Origin: Eledone cirrhosa
Lineage: Eukaryota
DNA length: 64,000 nt
Assembly: GCA_964016885.1 (NCBI GenBank)
Contig: OZ024745.1
Span: forward strand, 80,228,001 to 80,292,000
Reading direction: 5' to 3'
Positions 29,375 to 42,484 of this stretch are shown one piece after another. Under the pieces are notes generated by a model, which was not told the DNA's origin, did no database searches, and was given only the letters and a program-made list of their open reading frames with translations. A program made the position numbers and the translations under genes. Every line of letters starts with the position of its first letter. Within the stretch, counting starts at the first letter, position 1.

Positions 29375-30584
29375 TTAGCCATCGGGCTTTAACACTGGCT
29401 TAAAGTGTTTGAAAGTTGCAAAGTTCTTGTGCATCCAGTTCGGGCAGTGTTCAGAGAGTTTGTTCAGTAGCGGGCCCTTGGCGAATAAAATTTCGTAGCT
29501 CTCTGAGATACAGAGGTCGCAGCCCTTGTGTCTTCCGTTGTAAGAGCGCGCTTCTGGAGTATTTTCCGTTTAAGCGTGAAGGGGGTGGAGTTCCTTTTGA
29601 GGTCCCAAACATAGGAGGCGAGTGTTGTCTGGTTTGATTTGTCCGGTCTTCTGAAGGAGTGGGTATGGTCATACCAACGGGTCTTAAAGTTGTTGGAGGT
29701 CATGCCGATGTAAGTTTTTTTGCAATCATCGGTGCCTGAGATGACATCGCATTTGTATACGATATCATTTGTGAGGCATTTGTTTTCAAGTGGGCATGCT
29801 TCCTTATTTAGTCCGGGGATTGGGTTCGGAGGTGGTTGGCTTATTTAATTTTTTAGAATTGTGGTTGACTATATTCCTAGCTAGGTTAGGTGTGGTGGAG
29901 TAGGAGAGTCTTATTGTGTTCTTATTAAGGATGGTGTGGTACCTATGTTGTATGGGGAAGTGTAATTTCAGCAAAGTGAAGAAAATCCTAGCTATCGGTG
30001 TAGAGACCTCTCTATTGAAGGGAGGGTTGTACCAGCTAATCTGCCTATGTCTATTCCTCCTCTGCAATCTTGCGGTGGTTTCTAGGTATGTTATCTTTTC
30101 TTTAAATCCGCTGCGGGCGAGGGCGTCATTGTAGTAGGAGGCAGATGCGTTAAAAATATCTTTGTTGGCGGAGAGGCCAGATATTCTAATAGAGACGCTT
30201 TTTACTAGGTTATCAGTGATGTTTTGGGGGTGGTTTGAATTAACGTTAATATATCTAAGGGACTCGTTAGGTTTGTGGTACGGGTAATAGAGGGAAGTAT
30301 ATAGGTCGAGAGTGACATCTAAGAAGTTGGCCCTAGTCATATTAGATTCTATAGTTATACTAAATCCTAGATTAGAGAAGAAAGAGCTTAAGTTTTTCCG
30401 AAACCCATCGGTAGTCCTGGGGTTAACTCTATGCAGGGCGAAGAGGCCGTCGTCTCGGTATAAACCTCCGGTTAGGCCGGTAAATAGGTTCTTCAGTTGA
30501 TGTAGGATGTACAAGCCCACAAGGTCGCTAATTTCAGCTGAGTCATTGGCTCCCATGCTAACGTCAAATGGGGTCTGAGATTTC
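29375..30584 (-). pseudogene. 5'-truncated, frameshifted Penelope-like RT/GIY-YIG (different family)
   Basis: MGANDSAEISDLVG, GLYRDDGL, NFLDVTL, WYNPPF, then [30 protein letters not shown]. Inverted pLTR piece 30590-30812 at its 5' end. Confidence 0.9.
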
Positions 30585-30743
30585 TTGTTGATCTTTGTTA
30601 CTCTAAAAATAAAAATAAACTATAGCTTTGTTGAATTAGCTTCTAATGAATTCTGTCAACCAATGACCTACACCCATCCCACTCCCCACCCTCTCCTACC
30701 ACTTGTAGAGACCTATATATACCATAATTATTTTTTGATACCC

Positions 30744-30794
30744 AGATTCCTGATGATTTCTGAAGAATGAAACAGTTCTAGTCCTGTAGAATCT
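30744..30794 (+). ncRNA. Type I hammerhead, family D
   Basis: agattc-CTGATGA-tttc tgaa gaat-GAA-acag ttctagtc ctgt-A/gaatct. Confidence 0.8.
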
Positions 30795-30822
30795 CATCTA
30801 TATTAAAACCTATATATATATA

Positions 30823-30875
<53 letters not shown>

Positions 30876-30970
30876 TATATATTATATATATATATATATA
30901 TAATATATATATATTATATATATATATATAATATATATATATTATATATATATAATATATATATATATAT

Positions 30971-32048
30971 TATAGTTATGTAATAAACAACATAAGGCAA
31001 TTATATCATTTACCAGTGGTTTCTTAAAAGCAAACAAATTTAGCTTTCAATCATCAGAATGAAAAAATCATGGTGTATTTAATGGAGTTGGATTTTAAAA
31101 ACAAAAATATAATCTATATGAAAGTGAGGCTGGAAAAGGAAGAAGGAAAGGAAAAATAAACACACACACACAATTATATACATACACATATATATACATA
31201 CACACATACATATACACACACATATATACAAACACACACATATATATGTGTATATATATATACATACACATACATATACACATACATACATACACACATA
31301 ATTATCAACATATCCATACATACACATACATACAAATACACAAACATGCATACACACACATATACATGCATATATATACATATACATAAACATATATATA
31401 CATACATACACACACATACATATATACACACACACACATATATATATATATATACAGATACATATAGATACATATATACATACACATACATACATACACA
31501 CAATCATACATATATACACACGTACATACACATACATACACACATATATACACGCATACATACGCATGCACAAATATAGAAATATATGTACACACACCTA
31601 CATACTCACACACAAATAAATATAAGAAAAAATATAATAATAAAAATACCGTCACATAAGATAAAAATGAATATAAAGATTATTACAGTGTTGACAGCGA
31701 TACAGGCAACAAATAAATGAACAAACACACGTGGTAAGCAATACACACAATTGCACGTATACATACATACGTAAAAATAAATACATACACACACTCTCAC
31801 ACATACACATACATATACAAATACATATACACATACATACGCATACACATATACATACACACACATATACATATATACCCACACATACATATATGTATAT
31901 ATATATATATACATACATACATATCCATACATACATACACATACATATACATACATACCACAAACACATACAAATACAAACACACACATATGTATGTGCG
32001 TAAAACTCATTCTTAGATGTATTCATATGAACCTTGTTTAACTCTAAA
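30971..32048 (-). mobile_element. Solo pLTR of the 46003 Penelope-like family, with hammerhead H at 31006-31062 (minus)
   Basis: Reverse complement aligns with 44662-45820. Confidence 0.85.
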
Positions 32049-32059
32049 ATATATCTATA

Positions 32060-32489
32060 TAAAAATTAGAATTGGAGCTCTGAAATAGCAATATATATAT
32101 AAATGTATATATAATGTATTTTGCAATACACTTTATGCTTAATTAAAAGCATTTTGAAGACCGTATGCTATTTTTTTAGAGTAGTGACAAACTCACTTAC
32201 TTTAATCTCAGCAAACAAGGGGAGATAAGCCGACAAGGCCTTGTTTCGCATTTATTGATGCTTATCAAGGCTAACTACTCCCTCCTGTCTACTGAGATCA
32301 GTGATGTTATATTCTTATAGAATTCTAGAATATAACATCAGTGATCTCAGTAGACAAGAGGGAGTAGTTAGCCTTGATAAGCATCAATAAATGCGAAACA
32401 AGGCCTTGTCGGCTTATCTCCCCTTGTTTGCAAAATACATTATATATACATCCATATATATATTGCTATTTCAAAGCTCCAATTCTAAT
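32060..32489. mobile_element. Diverged fold-back copy of the 317-bp unit with two hammerheads (32205-32298 minus, 32344-32431 plus)
   Basis: gcc-TTGATAA-gcat caataa atgc-GAA-acaag gc cttgt-C/ggc. Ends at AATTCTAAT + (TA)n like the array. Confidence 0.88.
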
Positions 32490-32517
32490 ATATATATATA
32501 TATTATATATATATATA

Positions 32518-33854
32518 TCTATAAAGCTCAGTGTATGGACATGCTCCCTTGTTATAGAAATCTACGATATAGAATTTCTTCAATTGAAATTTACAATTCA
32601 GTATTCGAAATAGCTTCGATTGCGTCTTGGCACATATAAATTTTTCAATTTCACCCACAATTACGCAAAAAATAGTTAAAACTCAATATTTTACGATTTT
32701 TCTCTCTCATTTAAACTGGTAAACTCTTTTCATTACCATTCAAAATCTATACAACTTCATACTTTCTGCTACTTTCTCTTTCCAAGTTTGATGGTGATAC
32801 TGTCCGTTTTACTCTCTCATATCATCTGCTTACCTCTATCTACAACCCACACATTTTGCTACTTTCTCTTTTATACTTCAAACTTACTGATTTATTTCCA
32901 AACGCATACAAACACACACTCACTTCAAATGATAAAAAAACATTTAAAGCAATTAAACAACATGCGTGATTGCCGAAGAGAGTGAGAGGGAGAGAAAGAG
33001 AGAACGTTTATTATTACATAAAGTACCAGTAATGTACTGGATAATTGCTGGCCTTGTGCCAAAAAAGTAGAAACAATTATTACATTTCATACGAAACGAC
33101 AATTATTCAAAAGCAACAGATACATTTATTCAACAACAAGCGATAAATCTTTTTTAAAACCTCTCAACGAACGTGGATTCTTACAGACTTTGAGTCGATT
33201 CGGTTTGAAATTGTGCAAATGTATAAACATGGAACATGTGCACACACACAACAACAACAATCTGCCTTTTATAGATAATGATAAACAATAATATCCTCTA
33301 TGAGGTCACTAAACCTGCTAGAAACAGCAGCTAACTCTCCCCCATACCACACCCCTCCCTACCGTCTTAAATTTAGAAAACATATCTTCTATGAGGTCAC
33401 TAAACCTGCTAGAAACAGCAGCTAACTCTCCCCCATATCATACTACTCCCTACTGTCTTAAATTTAGAAAACATATATCCTCTATGAGGTAACTAAACCT
33501 GCTAGAAACAACAGCTAACTCTCCCTCATATCACAACCCTCCCTACTGTCTGAAATTTAGAAAACACACAGACAACCATGCAGAACAACTCCATCGCAGC
33601 TCTGTTGTTCGGCTGGCATCGTCTACGTGCATGTTGCGCAAGTACTGTGAAACAATAAATTTCAACACTTTTTTGCACAGAGATAATATCCATAGGCGAA
33701 ACTACAATTGTCACTGCTGGCGCAGCTCCTGCTTCCAGGTCTGCAATTCATTCACCCAGTGCCTAGTAGACAAAAAAGTGCTGCCATAAAATGGGTGGTG
33801 CAACCTAACTTTGGTAACTTAATGACCCCGAGCAACGCCGGGCTTTAATGCTAG
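32518..33854 (+). mobile_element. Non-autonomous Helitron-like element
   Basis: 5' TC in AT context. 3' hairpin CCCG AGCAACGC CGGG followed by CTAG/T. 5' boundary less certain. Confidence 0.65.
33291..33566. repeat. 3 x ~92-bp tandem repeat
   Basis: ATATCYTCTATGAGGTMACTAAACCTGCTAGAAAC at 33291, 33382, 33475. Confidence 0.9.
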
Positions 33855-33920
<66 letters not shown>

Positions 33921-33947
33921 TATATATATTATATATATCTAAGGCGG

Positions 33948-35320
33948 TTAAAATTCCCGAGATCCATGGACGAGTTCTCTCCAGCGGTCTCTGTCCCTCA
34001 TTATCGCTGCCATGTCCTGCATCTCCAACAGACCAGTGTCTGTCCTTGGGGCATCAACATACGTTAACCTTGGTCTTCCTCTTCTAGTGTGTCCATGTAG
34101 GGGCTCCCAAAGGAGCACTAAGTGCAATGTCAACTCTGGATGTCGGTGAGCATGTCCAGCCAACCTCAGTCTCCTCTGTGTCACTTTTGAGCTGACTTTT
34201 GGGATGCTCCCATACAGCTCTGAGTTTTTCATCCTCAGTGTATACTGATTAATGTTCAGAGCCATCCTCAGCATTCTCGTGTAGCACCCATCCACCATCT
34301 GAGTGAGTTTCTTGGTCAGTGTCCAAGTCTCAGACCCATACAGCAGCACAGACTCCACTACAGCAATGAAGAGGCGGATTTTCAGATCTCTACGAAGGTC
34401 CGACTTCCACACCGATCTCAAGCTGTGGCACGCCGCCCAGGCCTTGCTCTTCCTCTCAACCATATCATCTTCCGTATTCCCAATTTTTGCTCCCAAATAC
34501 AGGAAGTCCTCAACCAATTCCAGCGGCTTCCCGCCTACATTAGTGATCCCCTCTAGCTTCTCAACATTCTCTACCAGATATTTTGTTTTAGTCTCATTCA
34601 TTCTCAGCCCCACACTCATCGACACAGTCTCAACCTCCAGCATCAAATCCTCTGCCTCCTTCACTGTATTTGTCACCAAAACTATGTCGTCGGCAAATTC
34701 AGCATCCGATACCTTTTTCGCCCTAACTCTCCTGCTCTGAGCCGGTGCTACAGTAAAGCCAGAGTCCTGGTGTTTCTCCAGTGCAAGGCGCATACAATAG
34801 TCCACTACGATGATAAAAAGGTAGGGAGCCAATGTATCTCCCTGGAGCACTCCAACCAGTATCTCAAAGAACTCTGTCATCCCATCAGGTGTAATGACTT
34901 GGGTTTTGGTGTTGGTGTAGAGCAGTGATATCAGGTCTACTATCTTCTTGGGGATTCCATAAGCCTGTAAGATCTTCATCAGGCAGTAACGGTCCACAGA
35001 ATCAAAGGCCTTCCTAAAGTCAATGAAAACCATGACTGCAGGAAGGCACTTTGCTCTAGCTCCCTCTAATATCCTCCTCAGCATCAGGATGTGACTGGTG
35101 GTTGATCTACCCTCTCTGAAGCCGTTCTGGTTGTCCCTGAGCTTCTTCTCCATCTCAGGCTGGATCCTGTTAAGAATCGTCCTGTTGAGGGTCTTTGCCA
35201 CAAGTGACGTCAGTGAGATCCCCCGGTAGTTGTTGGTGTTAGAGAGATCTCCCTTCTTTGGCACTGGGACGATATTACTGATCCTCCACTGATTCGGGGC
35301 AACTCCTTTCTCCAGTGCCC
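33948..35320 (-). mobile_element. 5'-truncated RTE-type LINE with uninterrupted RT reading frame (438 aa)
   Basis: NYRGISLTS, QNGFREGRST, FIDFRKAFDSV, GVLQGDTLAPYLF, EFADD, FLYLG, LLYGSETW, RLAGH. (TA)n on both sides. Confidence 0.92.
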
Positions 35321-35322
35321 CG

Positions 35323-35450
<128 letters not shown>

Positions 35451-35582
35451 TATATTATATATATATTATATATATATTATATATATATTATATATATATT
35501 ATATATATAATATATATATTATATATATATATATAATATATATATTATATATATTATATAATATATATATTATATATATATA

Positions 35583-35613
<31 letters not shown>

Positions 35614-35643
35614 ATATATATATTTATTAAAATAACAGATTAA

Positions 35644-35694
35644 AGTTTAAGCAAAGAATCACTGCTTTCACCCTTAACGGGATCTTCTGAAACT
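35644..35694 (-). ncRNA. Isolated type I hammerhead, family I (U4>A core variant)
   Basis: agttt-CAGAAGA-t ccc gttaa ggg t-GAA-agcag tgattct ttgct-T/aaact. Sits alone in (TA)n. Confidence 0.6.
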
Positions 35695-35934
35695 CATATA
35701 AATATATATATTATATATAATATATATATATATATAATATATAATATATATATAGTGGAGGGGGGGGCTGTTGTTAAAGACCTGGAAAACGGCAACAACA
35801 CCAAAGACCGTAACAACAACAACAACACCAAAGACCGTAACAACACCAAAGACTAAAAATTATAAACTGGTTCTTCCTGTCAGAGATAATAATCTGATTT
35901 GAGAATAATGCATCTCAAAATATGAACATGGGTG

Positions 35935-35965
<31 letters not shown>

Positions 35966-36042
35966 GTCTGTATTTGTGTTTGTGTGTGTGTTAAATATAT
36001 ATCGACAAGCAGAAAACGACCCACCGTGTTGTTTTCTGCTAG

Positions 36043-36782
36043 TCTATATATATATAAAACTGAGGATGTCTGTGTGTGTGTGAGTTTGAATCCCTAAAAG
36101 CACCCAACCGACTGTTTTCAAACTTTACGCATATAATACTTATCTTTCAGGGAGTGTTGTGAGCAAAAACAATTTCAAATTTTCAATGCCCTAGGGACTG
36201 CATTAGGCGATTTAACGATCTCTCTCTATAATTCTTAGTCTTTCGCTTTTTGGATAGATACATACATATAACGTCGCGCCCTTATAATATATGTCTGTAT
36301 GTCTGGCTGTCTGCATTACGTCACTTCTCTGAGGATGTCTGTTTGTATGTGTGTGTGTGTCTGTGAGTTTGAATCCCTAAAACTCGAGAAGTACCCAACC
36401 AATTTTTTTCAAACTTTACATGTGTATTACTTATGTTTCAGGGAGTGTTATGCACATAAAAATTCAACTTTTTGATCTCCTAGAACCTGCGTTAGGTGAA
36501 AAACTGCGTTTTTTCAGCTTTTTAGGGCTTTTTGGAGTCATTACGTCTAGCCAATTAGCCAAAATTTCAATGCATGTTATGCACATAAAAAAAATTTATT
36601 AGGTGAAAACCTGCATTTTTCCTGCTTCATCGAGGAAAATCTTAAAGATTATCCAGCCATCAGAGTATTCGGTTTATTTTCTTTACATATTGTCCAGGCA
36701 TGCAGTTTTGCCACGATTAGGTCTGTTGGCGGGCCGCGTTCCAAAATACCTTATCCCGTGCAATGCCGGGTACCACTGCTAG
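36043..36782 (+). mobile_element. Non-autonomous Helitron-like element with internal duplication
   Basis: 5' TCTATATATATATAAAA. 3' CCCG TGCAATGC CGGG...CTAG/T. 36060-36170 repeated at ~36328-36450. Confidence 0.75.
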
Positions 36783-36841
36783 TATATGTTATATATATAG
36801 ATATCTTATATATATAGATATTATACATATATATATTATCG

Positions 36842-36912
<71 letters not shown>

Positions 36913-36968
36913 ATACATATATATATTATCGATATATTATATATATTATATATATATTATAGATATAT

Positions 36969-37000
<32 letters not shown>

Positions 37001-37377
37001 ATATATTATAGATATATTATATATATATATATATATTATAGATATATTATATATTATATATATATTATATATATATATATATATTATAGATATATATATA
37101 TTATAGATATATATATATTATAGATATATATATATTATAGATATATTATAGATATATATATATTATAGATATATTATATATATATATATTATAGATATAT
37201 TATATATATATATATATTATAGATATATTATATATATATATATATATATATTATAGATATATTATATATATATATATATATATTATAGATATATTATATA
37301 TATATATTTATATATATTATAGATATATTATATATATATTATATATATTTATATATATTATATATATATATATATAC

Positions 37378-37458
<81 letters not shown>
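37378..37458. repeat. (GA)n microsatellite
   Basis: Direct reading. Confidence 0.95.
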
Positions 37459-37460
<2 letters not shown>

Positions 37461-37495
37461 CGCAAGAATCAAAGCTATGTTCAAAGCATTTATTC

Positions 37496-37540
37496 ACTTA
37501 CAATTGTTTCATCCAAACCTAGGCTTGGAGTCTTCGGAGC
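37496..37540 (-). ncRNA. Type I hammerhead, family J (U4>C variant); diverged copy 39481-39523 minus
   Basis: gct-CCGAAGA-c tccaagc ctag gtttgga t-GAA-aca at tgt-A/agt. Second copy keeps the core and stems (tccaaac ctcg gtttgga) within a diverged ~300-bp homologous block (37459-37750 vs 39440-39740). Confidence 0.72.
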
Positions 37541-38024
37541 ATTTTTCAATGTTTGTACACATAATTGACCTCCTTTCCAACGCAAGAGACATACAGATAC
37601 ATATATATATATTGATGTACAGTGGAGTGACATATATTATACTATATTATTTCTGTATAGCAATTCAAATTCAAAATCAAAATCAAAATTAAAATTAAAA
37701 CAAAATTAAAATACATTCGGCAGTTAACACAGATAATGCAAGAGGATGATATATATATATATATATTATATATATAAATATAAATTTAGCGAGAATCGCA
37801 TTTCGACGGGTAGAAATTAGCGAAACGCAACTTCCGTATTGTGCAGACAAGTGCTCCATGGATATGAAGAAGATACCAGCGCTATAAACATAAGTTAAAA
37901 TGGTCATACACGCTGAGACGGTGGTTAAGAAGCCATTAACCACCTCAGCCAAAAAAGCGAACAAGCTAAACTGGTCAAACAAAATGAGATATGATTGAAA
38001 TAGTTACCCGGACCCTCCATATTG

Positions 38025-38058
<34 letters not shown>

Positions 38059-38095
38059 ATATATTGTATATATATATATTATATATATTTATATA

Positions 38096-38191
<96 letters not shown>

Positions 38192-38389
38192 GATTTTGAG
38201 TTTATGTTGGTTGTATACCAACACATCAGTATGCAGGCTGGAGCACTCGACGAAGTGCGCAGGTTGGTTTGGTTACTCCGGAGTAGTGTAAAATAAAGTT
38301 AAATAAAAGTCAAATGATTTAAATTTAGCTTCGTTTATTACTGCTATATATATTTATTTTATATATTATATATAAATATATTATATATA

Positions 38390-38465
<76 letters not shown>

Positions 38466-38470
<5 letters not shown>

Positions 38471-38965
38471 GAAAGACGTAAAATAAGAAAATTTTAAAAA
38501 TTAAAAATTAACTTACTTACTAAAATTTTTCCATCCCACTCCTTCTGACTAGCCTCAGTGTCACGTGATTGATTCTTTAGAATCTGCCATTTGACCAGAG
38601 ACAGTGAACTTTTTCAGTGCTATGGAATTCAGTCCCCGCTAGCTGTTCCATCCACCGAATTATTATTTTTATATGAGTCCCTAGTGTCCGCGCATTGCCT
38701 GGAGACTTAGCTGAGAATAGACTCCCTGATGACGTAATTAATTCTTGATGGTTACATTGCGGAACTATCTTTATCCCATTACAGAAACTAATTAGTTGGA
38801 GTCAAAATTTTAGTAAGTAAGTTAATTTTTAATTTTTAAAATTTTCTTATTTTACGTCTTTCATATAATTGTTCTGCATCCTCCTGCATTGAACCACCTA
38901 GGTACTATGACATAACTTATGTATTTGCTAGCATTAGTGTACATCTGTACGCATATGTTGGTAAA
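38466..38965 (+). mobile_element. Non-coding hammerhead element with 5' inverted piece (38466-38529 / 38804-38870); relative at 49575-49830
   Basis: Inverted repeat seen directly. Shared 3' segment TTGTTCTGCA..CATTGAACCAC..TTTGCTAGCAT. Confidence 0.75.
38720..38803 (+). ncRNA. Type I hammerhead, family K
   Basis: gactcc-CTGATGA-c gtaat...attac a-GAA-acta at tagt-T/ggagtc. Confidence 0.82.
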
Positions 38966-39020
38966 TATACTAATTCTCTATATATATTATATATATATTT
39001 ATATATATATATATATATAT

Positions 39021-39052
<32 letters not shown>

Positions 39053-39054
39053 TC

Positions 39055-39128
<74 letters not shown>

Positions 39129-39176
39129 ATATTTATATATATATTATATATATTTATATATATATTATATATATAT

Positions 39177-39207
<31 letters not shown>

Positions 39208-40171
39208 TATATATATTTATATATATTTATATATATTTATATATATATTATATATATATTATATATATATATATAGTATTAAGGATACTATTTATGGTTG
39301 TGTATATACTAAAACCTTTTATAGTTATATATATTTTAAACCCTAAACAGTGAAAGACAGTAATTTATTACTACCTTATTACCAGTAAGATAAATAGCTC
39401 AATGTAATAACATCAGTTGTTCTACAGAGCAGTTATATAGAAATTACATGAATCAAAGTTCTGTTCGAACCATTTATTAGCTTACAATTGTTTCTTCCAA
39501 ACCGAGGTTTGGAGTCTTCGGAGAAATTATTCAATGATTGTTTACATACATGACCTCCTTTCCAACACAAGAGACATACAGAAACACATGTATATATCGA
39601 TGCACAGTGGGTTGACATCCATTATAATATTTTAGCATGGCAATTTACATTCAAAGATTAAAGTCATATTAAAAGAAAATTAAAACAAAATTAAAGTTAA
39701 AATACAACATTGGCAATTTACGAAGATAATGCAAGAGGATAGTTTGAAGTTGTTAGTGTATGCAATAGTTACACGTGGGGCATGCACGTGTGTCTTATTT
39801 ATATAAGATTATAGTGCGGCAAGGTGTTATATGGAATACAAGCACTTTAAGCGAGCAATCAAGAGTATTATGGGGGTTGTATTGGTAAAGTATTTTTTAT
39901 GTATGATATAGAAGCTTGTGTGCAGAGAAATATTAAAAGTGAGAAGCAAAATAATGTTATGGTTTTCGTATACACCACCATTTTCACAATCCAGGAAACG
40001 TAATATATAGATTATATATCCTTCACATAATCGACGAGGATTCAATATTGGATGCTTGATGAATTAGGTTAGATTATTACAGCTTGTTGTTCTTTAATCC
40101 AATTTTATAGAGCAGGTTGTTTTTGCTGCGAGAATTAACATCGTTTTATTTTCCGGAAGTGTGTGTGCGAT

Positions 40172-40855
40172 TAGGTGGAAAACTTACGTAGATTAGAGAG
40201 AAACGAAGTCTGCATGCTCCGATGGATGTGTAATAGTAATATACGCGAACGACAAAGCATAAATGAATTGAGAGAGAGACTGGGCATAAGAAGAATCAAA
40301 TGCTGTGTGCAGGAGAGGCAGATGCGTTGGTATGGACATGTGATGCGTATGAAGGATGACAGCTGCATAAAAAGGTGCAGAGCACTAGAAGTCGATGGAA
40401 ACCGCGGAGTCGGAAGACCCAAGATGACCTGGGATGAGGTGATAAAAGCCGACCTTACCCAATTACACCTCTTAAAGGCGATGACACACGACCGTGACCT
40501 CTGGCGTCACGCAGTAATACAGAGTACCCGACCTCCCATGGGTACAAGCTGAAGCATATAGACAATATGCCCCCACACCCCCCACTGCAAGGTGGTCGTT
40601 GAGGTGCCACGGCAAAAAAGCACCCAGCCCACACTGTAAAGTGGACGTGTAGGCGCCATGAAAAAGCACCCAGCACTCACTGTAAATGAGGTTGGTGTTA
40701 GGAAGGGCATCCAGCTGTAGAAATCAAGCCAAATCAGTTCCTGTATGAGCAAGGCATGGTCAGCCGACCAGACACTGCCCACAACCGGACAACCCGTCTA
40801 ACCCATGCTAGCGTGGAAGAACGGACGTAAAACGGTGATGATGATGATGATGATA
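40172..40855 (+). mobile_element. RTE-type LINE 3' fragment with (GAT)n tail
   Basis: RLERNEVCMLRWMC..RWYGHVMRM..GRPKMTW. Same family as 59073-60283. Confidence 0.88.
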
Positions 40856-40859
40856 TATA

Positions 40860-40922
<63 letters not shown>

Positions 40923-41049
40923 AAAGTTCTATTTAAATTCTTGGGATACAACAAGCAAATATTTTTATAACTGATATAAAGCACTCAACAAATATTTGGA
41001 GTAAAAATACGATATTAACAAATGGAAACTATATTTATAAAACCATATT

Positions 41050-41114
41050 TATTTCATTATACATATTTCAAGGACACCAAGTTAAATTATGGTGTGCTTT
41101 CATCAGATAAAATA
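41050..41114 (-). ncRNA. Type I hammerhead, family G variant
   Basis: tattttat-CTGATGA-aag cacacca taatttaact tggtgt cctt-GAA-atatgtat-A/atgaaata. Confidence 0.85.
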
Positions 41115-42484
41115 TAATATAGATCAGTTTTATAAATAAATATTGACATACTCTTAAAAGAATGCAACCATTGCTGTTGGAAGCTCCCGGATAGTGGAGT
41201 TGTAGCTTTAATTATATTATTAGTATTGGATATTTTTATTTTTAAAATAAGCCGTTGGGTTACGGAGAAAGAGAAAGATAGAGAAGGAAAGAGAGAGAAA
41301 GAAAGAGAGAGAGAGAGAAAGACCAGAACAACAGAGAGAGAAAGATAGAGAGAGAGGAGACAGAGAAAAGGGGAGAGAACGAAAAACTAAGTCATATCTT
41401 GTTGAGTTAACTTAACAATTGAGATGAAATGAATAAATAAAATTAGAAATGTTAATAATCATGAATGGAATATACCTATAATATGAGAAATTTAACCATT
41501 GTTTAAATATGATTAGATGTTTAGTTAATCATTTAAATATTGAGATCAATATATTAAAAATTGGGATCTATATATTAAGAAATCCATATATTATTAAAGA
41601 TCTATATAATATATAACACGTATACACACGCAAAAATACATACATATAAATATATATACACACTTATAAAATACATATACATATCTAACTACGTATATAA
41701 TATATACACACAAAACATAAAGGATTCTTTAATTTAATTTAAGATAATTTAATTTAAGATAATTTAAGATTACCTGTTATGTAGTTATGGCTGTTATTAT
41801 ATGTCTATCTGTCACGAATCTTGGGATAATCACTATACATAAGTGCAATCGAATTGTATGGATATACACGCACATGTACATACATATATGTACCCTCAAC
41901 AAATAGGTAGATACGCATCACGTATATATATACATACAGATAGACATACACGCATAAAACATATGTACATGTATGTCAATACTCGCATATACATATATAC
42001 ACACATATAGAGAGAAGTATATATAAATACAGTACATAGTATAATTGAGTATATAAAATACAAAAGAATTATATTACAATTTGGAAATATAATTATAAGC
42101 AATATAACTTTAAAAACAATATAATTTTAAAATATTATAGAATATTTTAAGTTATAATTTCAAAATAATAGTATGTTTAATAGATTTTCTACGTATATTT
42201 AACTTAATTTTATATCCATAAGAGAAATAAACAGAAACTTTGAAAGGATAAACTTTCGAAAATAGGAGAAGCTATCAAACAATAAAAAATAAAAAAATAT
42301 AAGAAATATTTTCTCCTTTCAAGAGCTCTCAATATATTTCTCTAGAGTAGTTTATTATATTTATTTATATTTAGGAAGAAAAGTTATTTTTACTTGAGTG
42401 TATAATCAGTCAAAAAAGACGAAGGAATCTAATGATTTATCGACAGGTTCAATATATTAATAAAATTAATTAATTAATTATATA

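Noticed and set aside
33291-33566. Hammerhead in the 92-bp repeats (CTATGAGG...GAAAC)
   Set aside because: The core lacks CUGA and stems I and III do not form.
38190-38345. Short unique insert with small hairpins
   Set aside because: No motif, second copy or ribozyme core that I could support.
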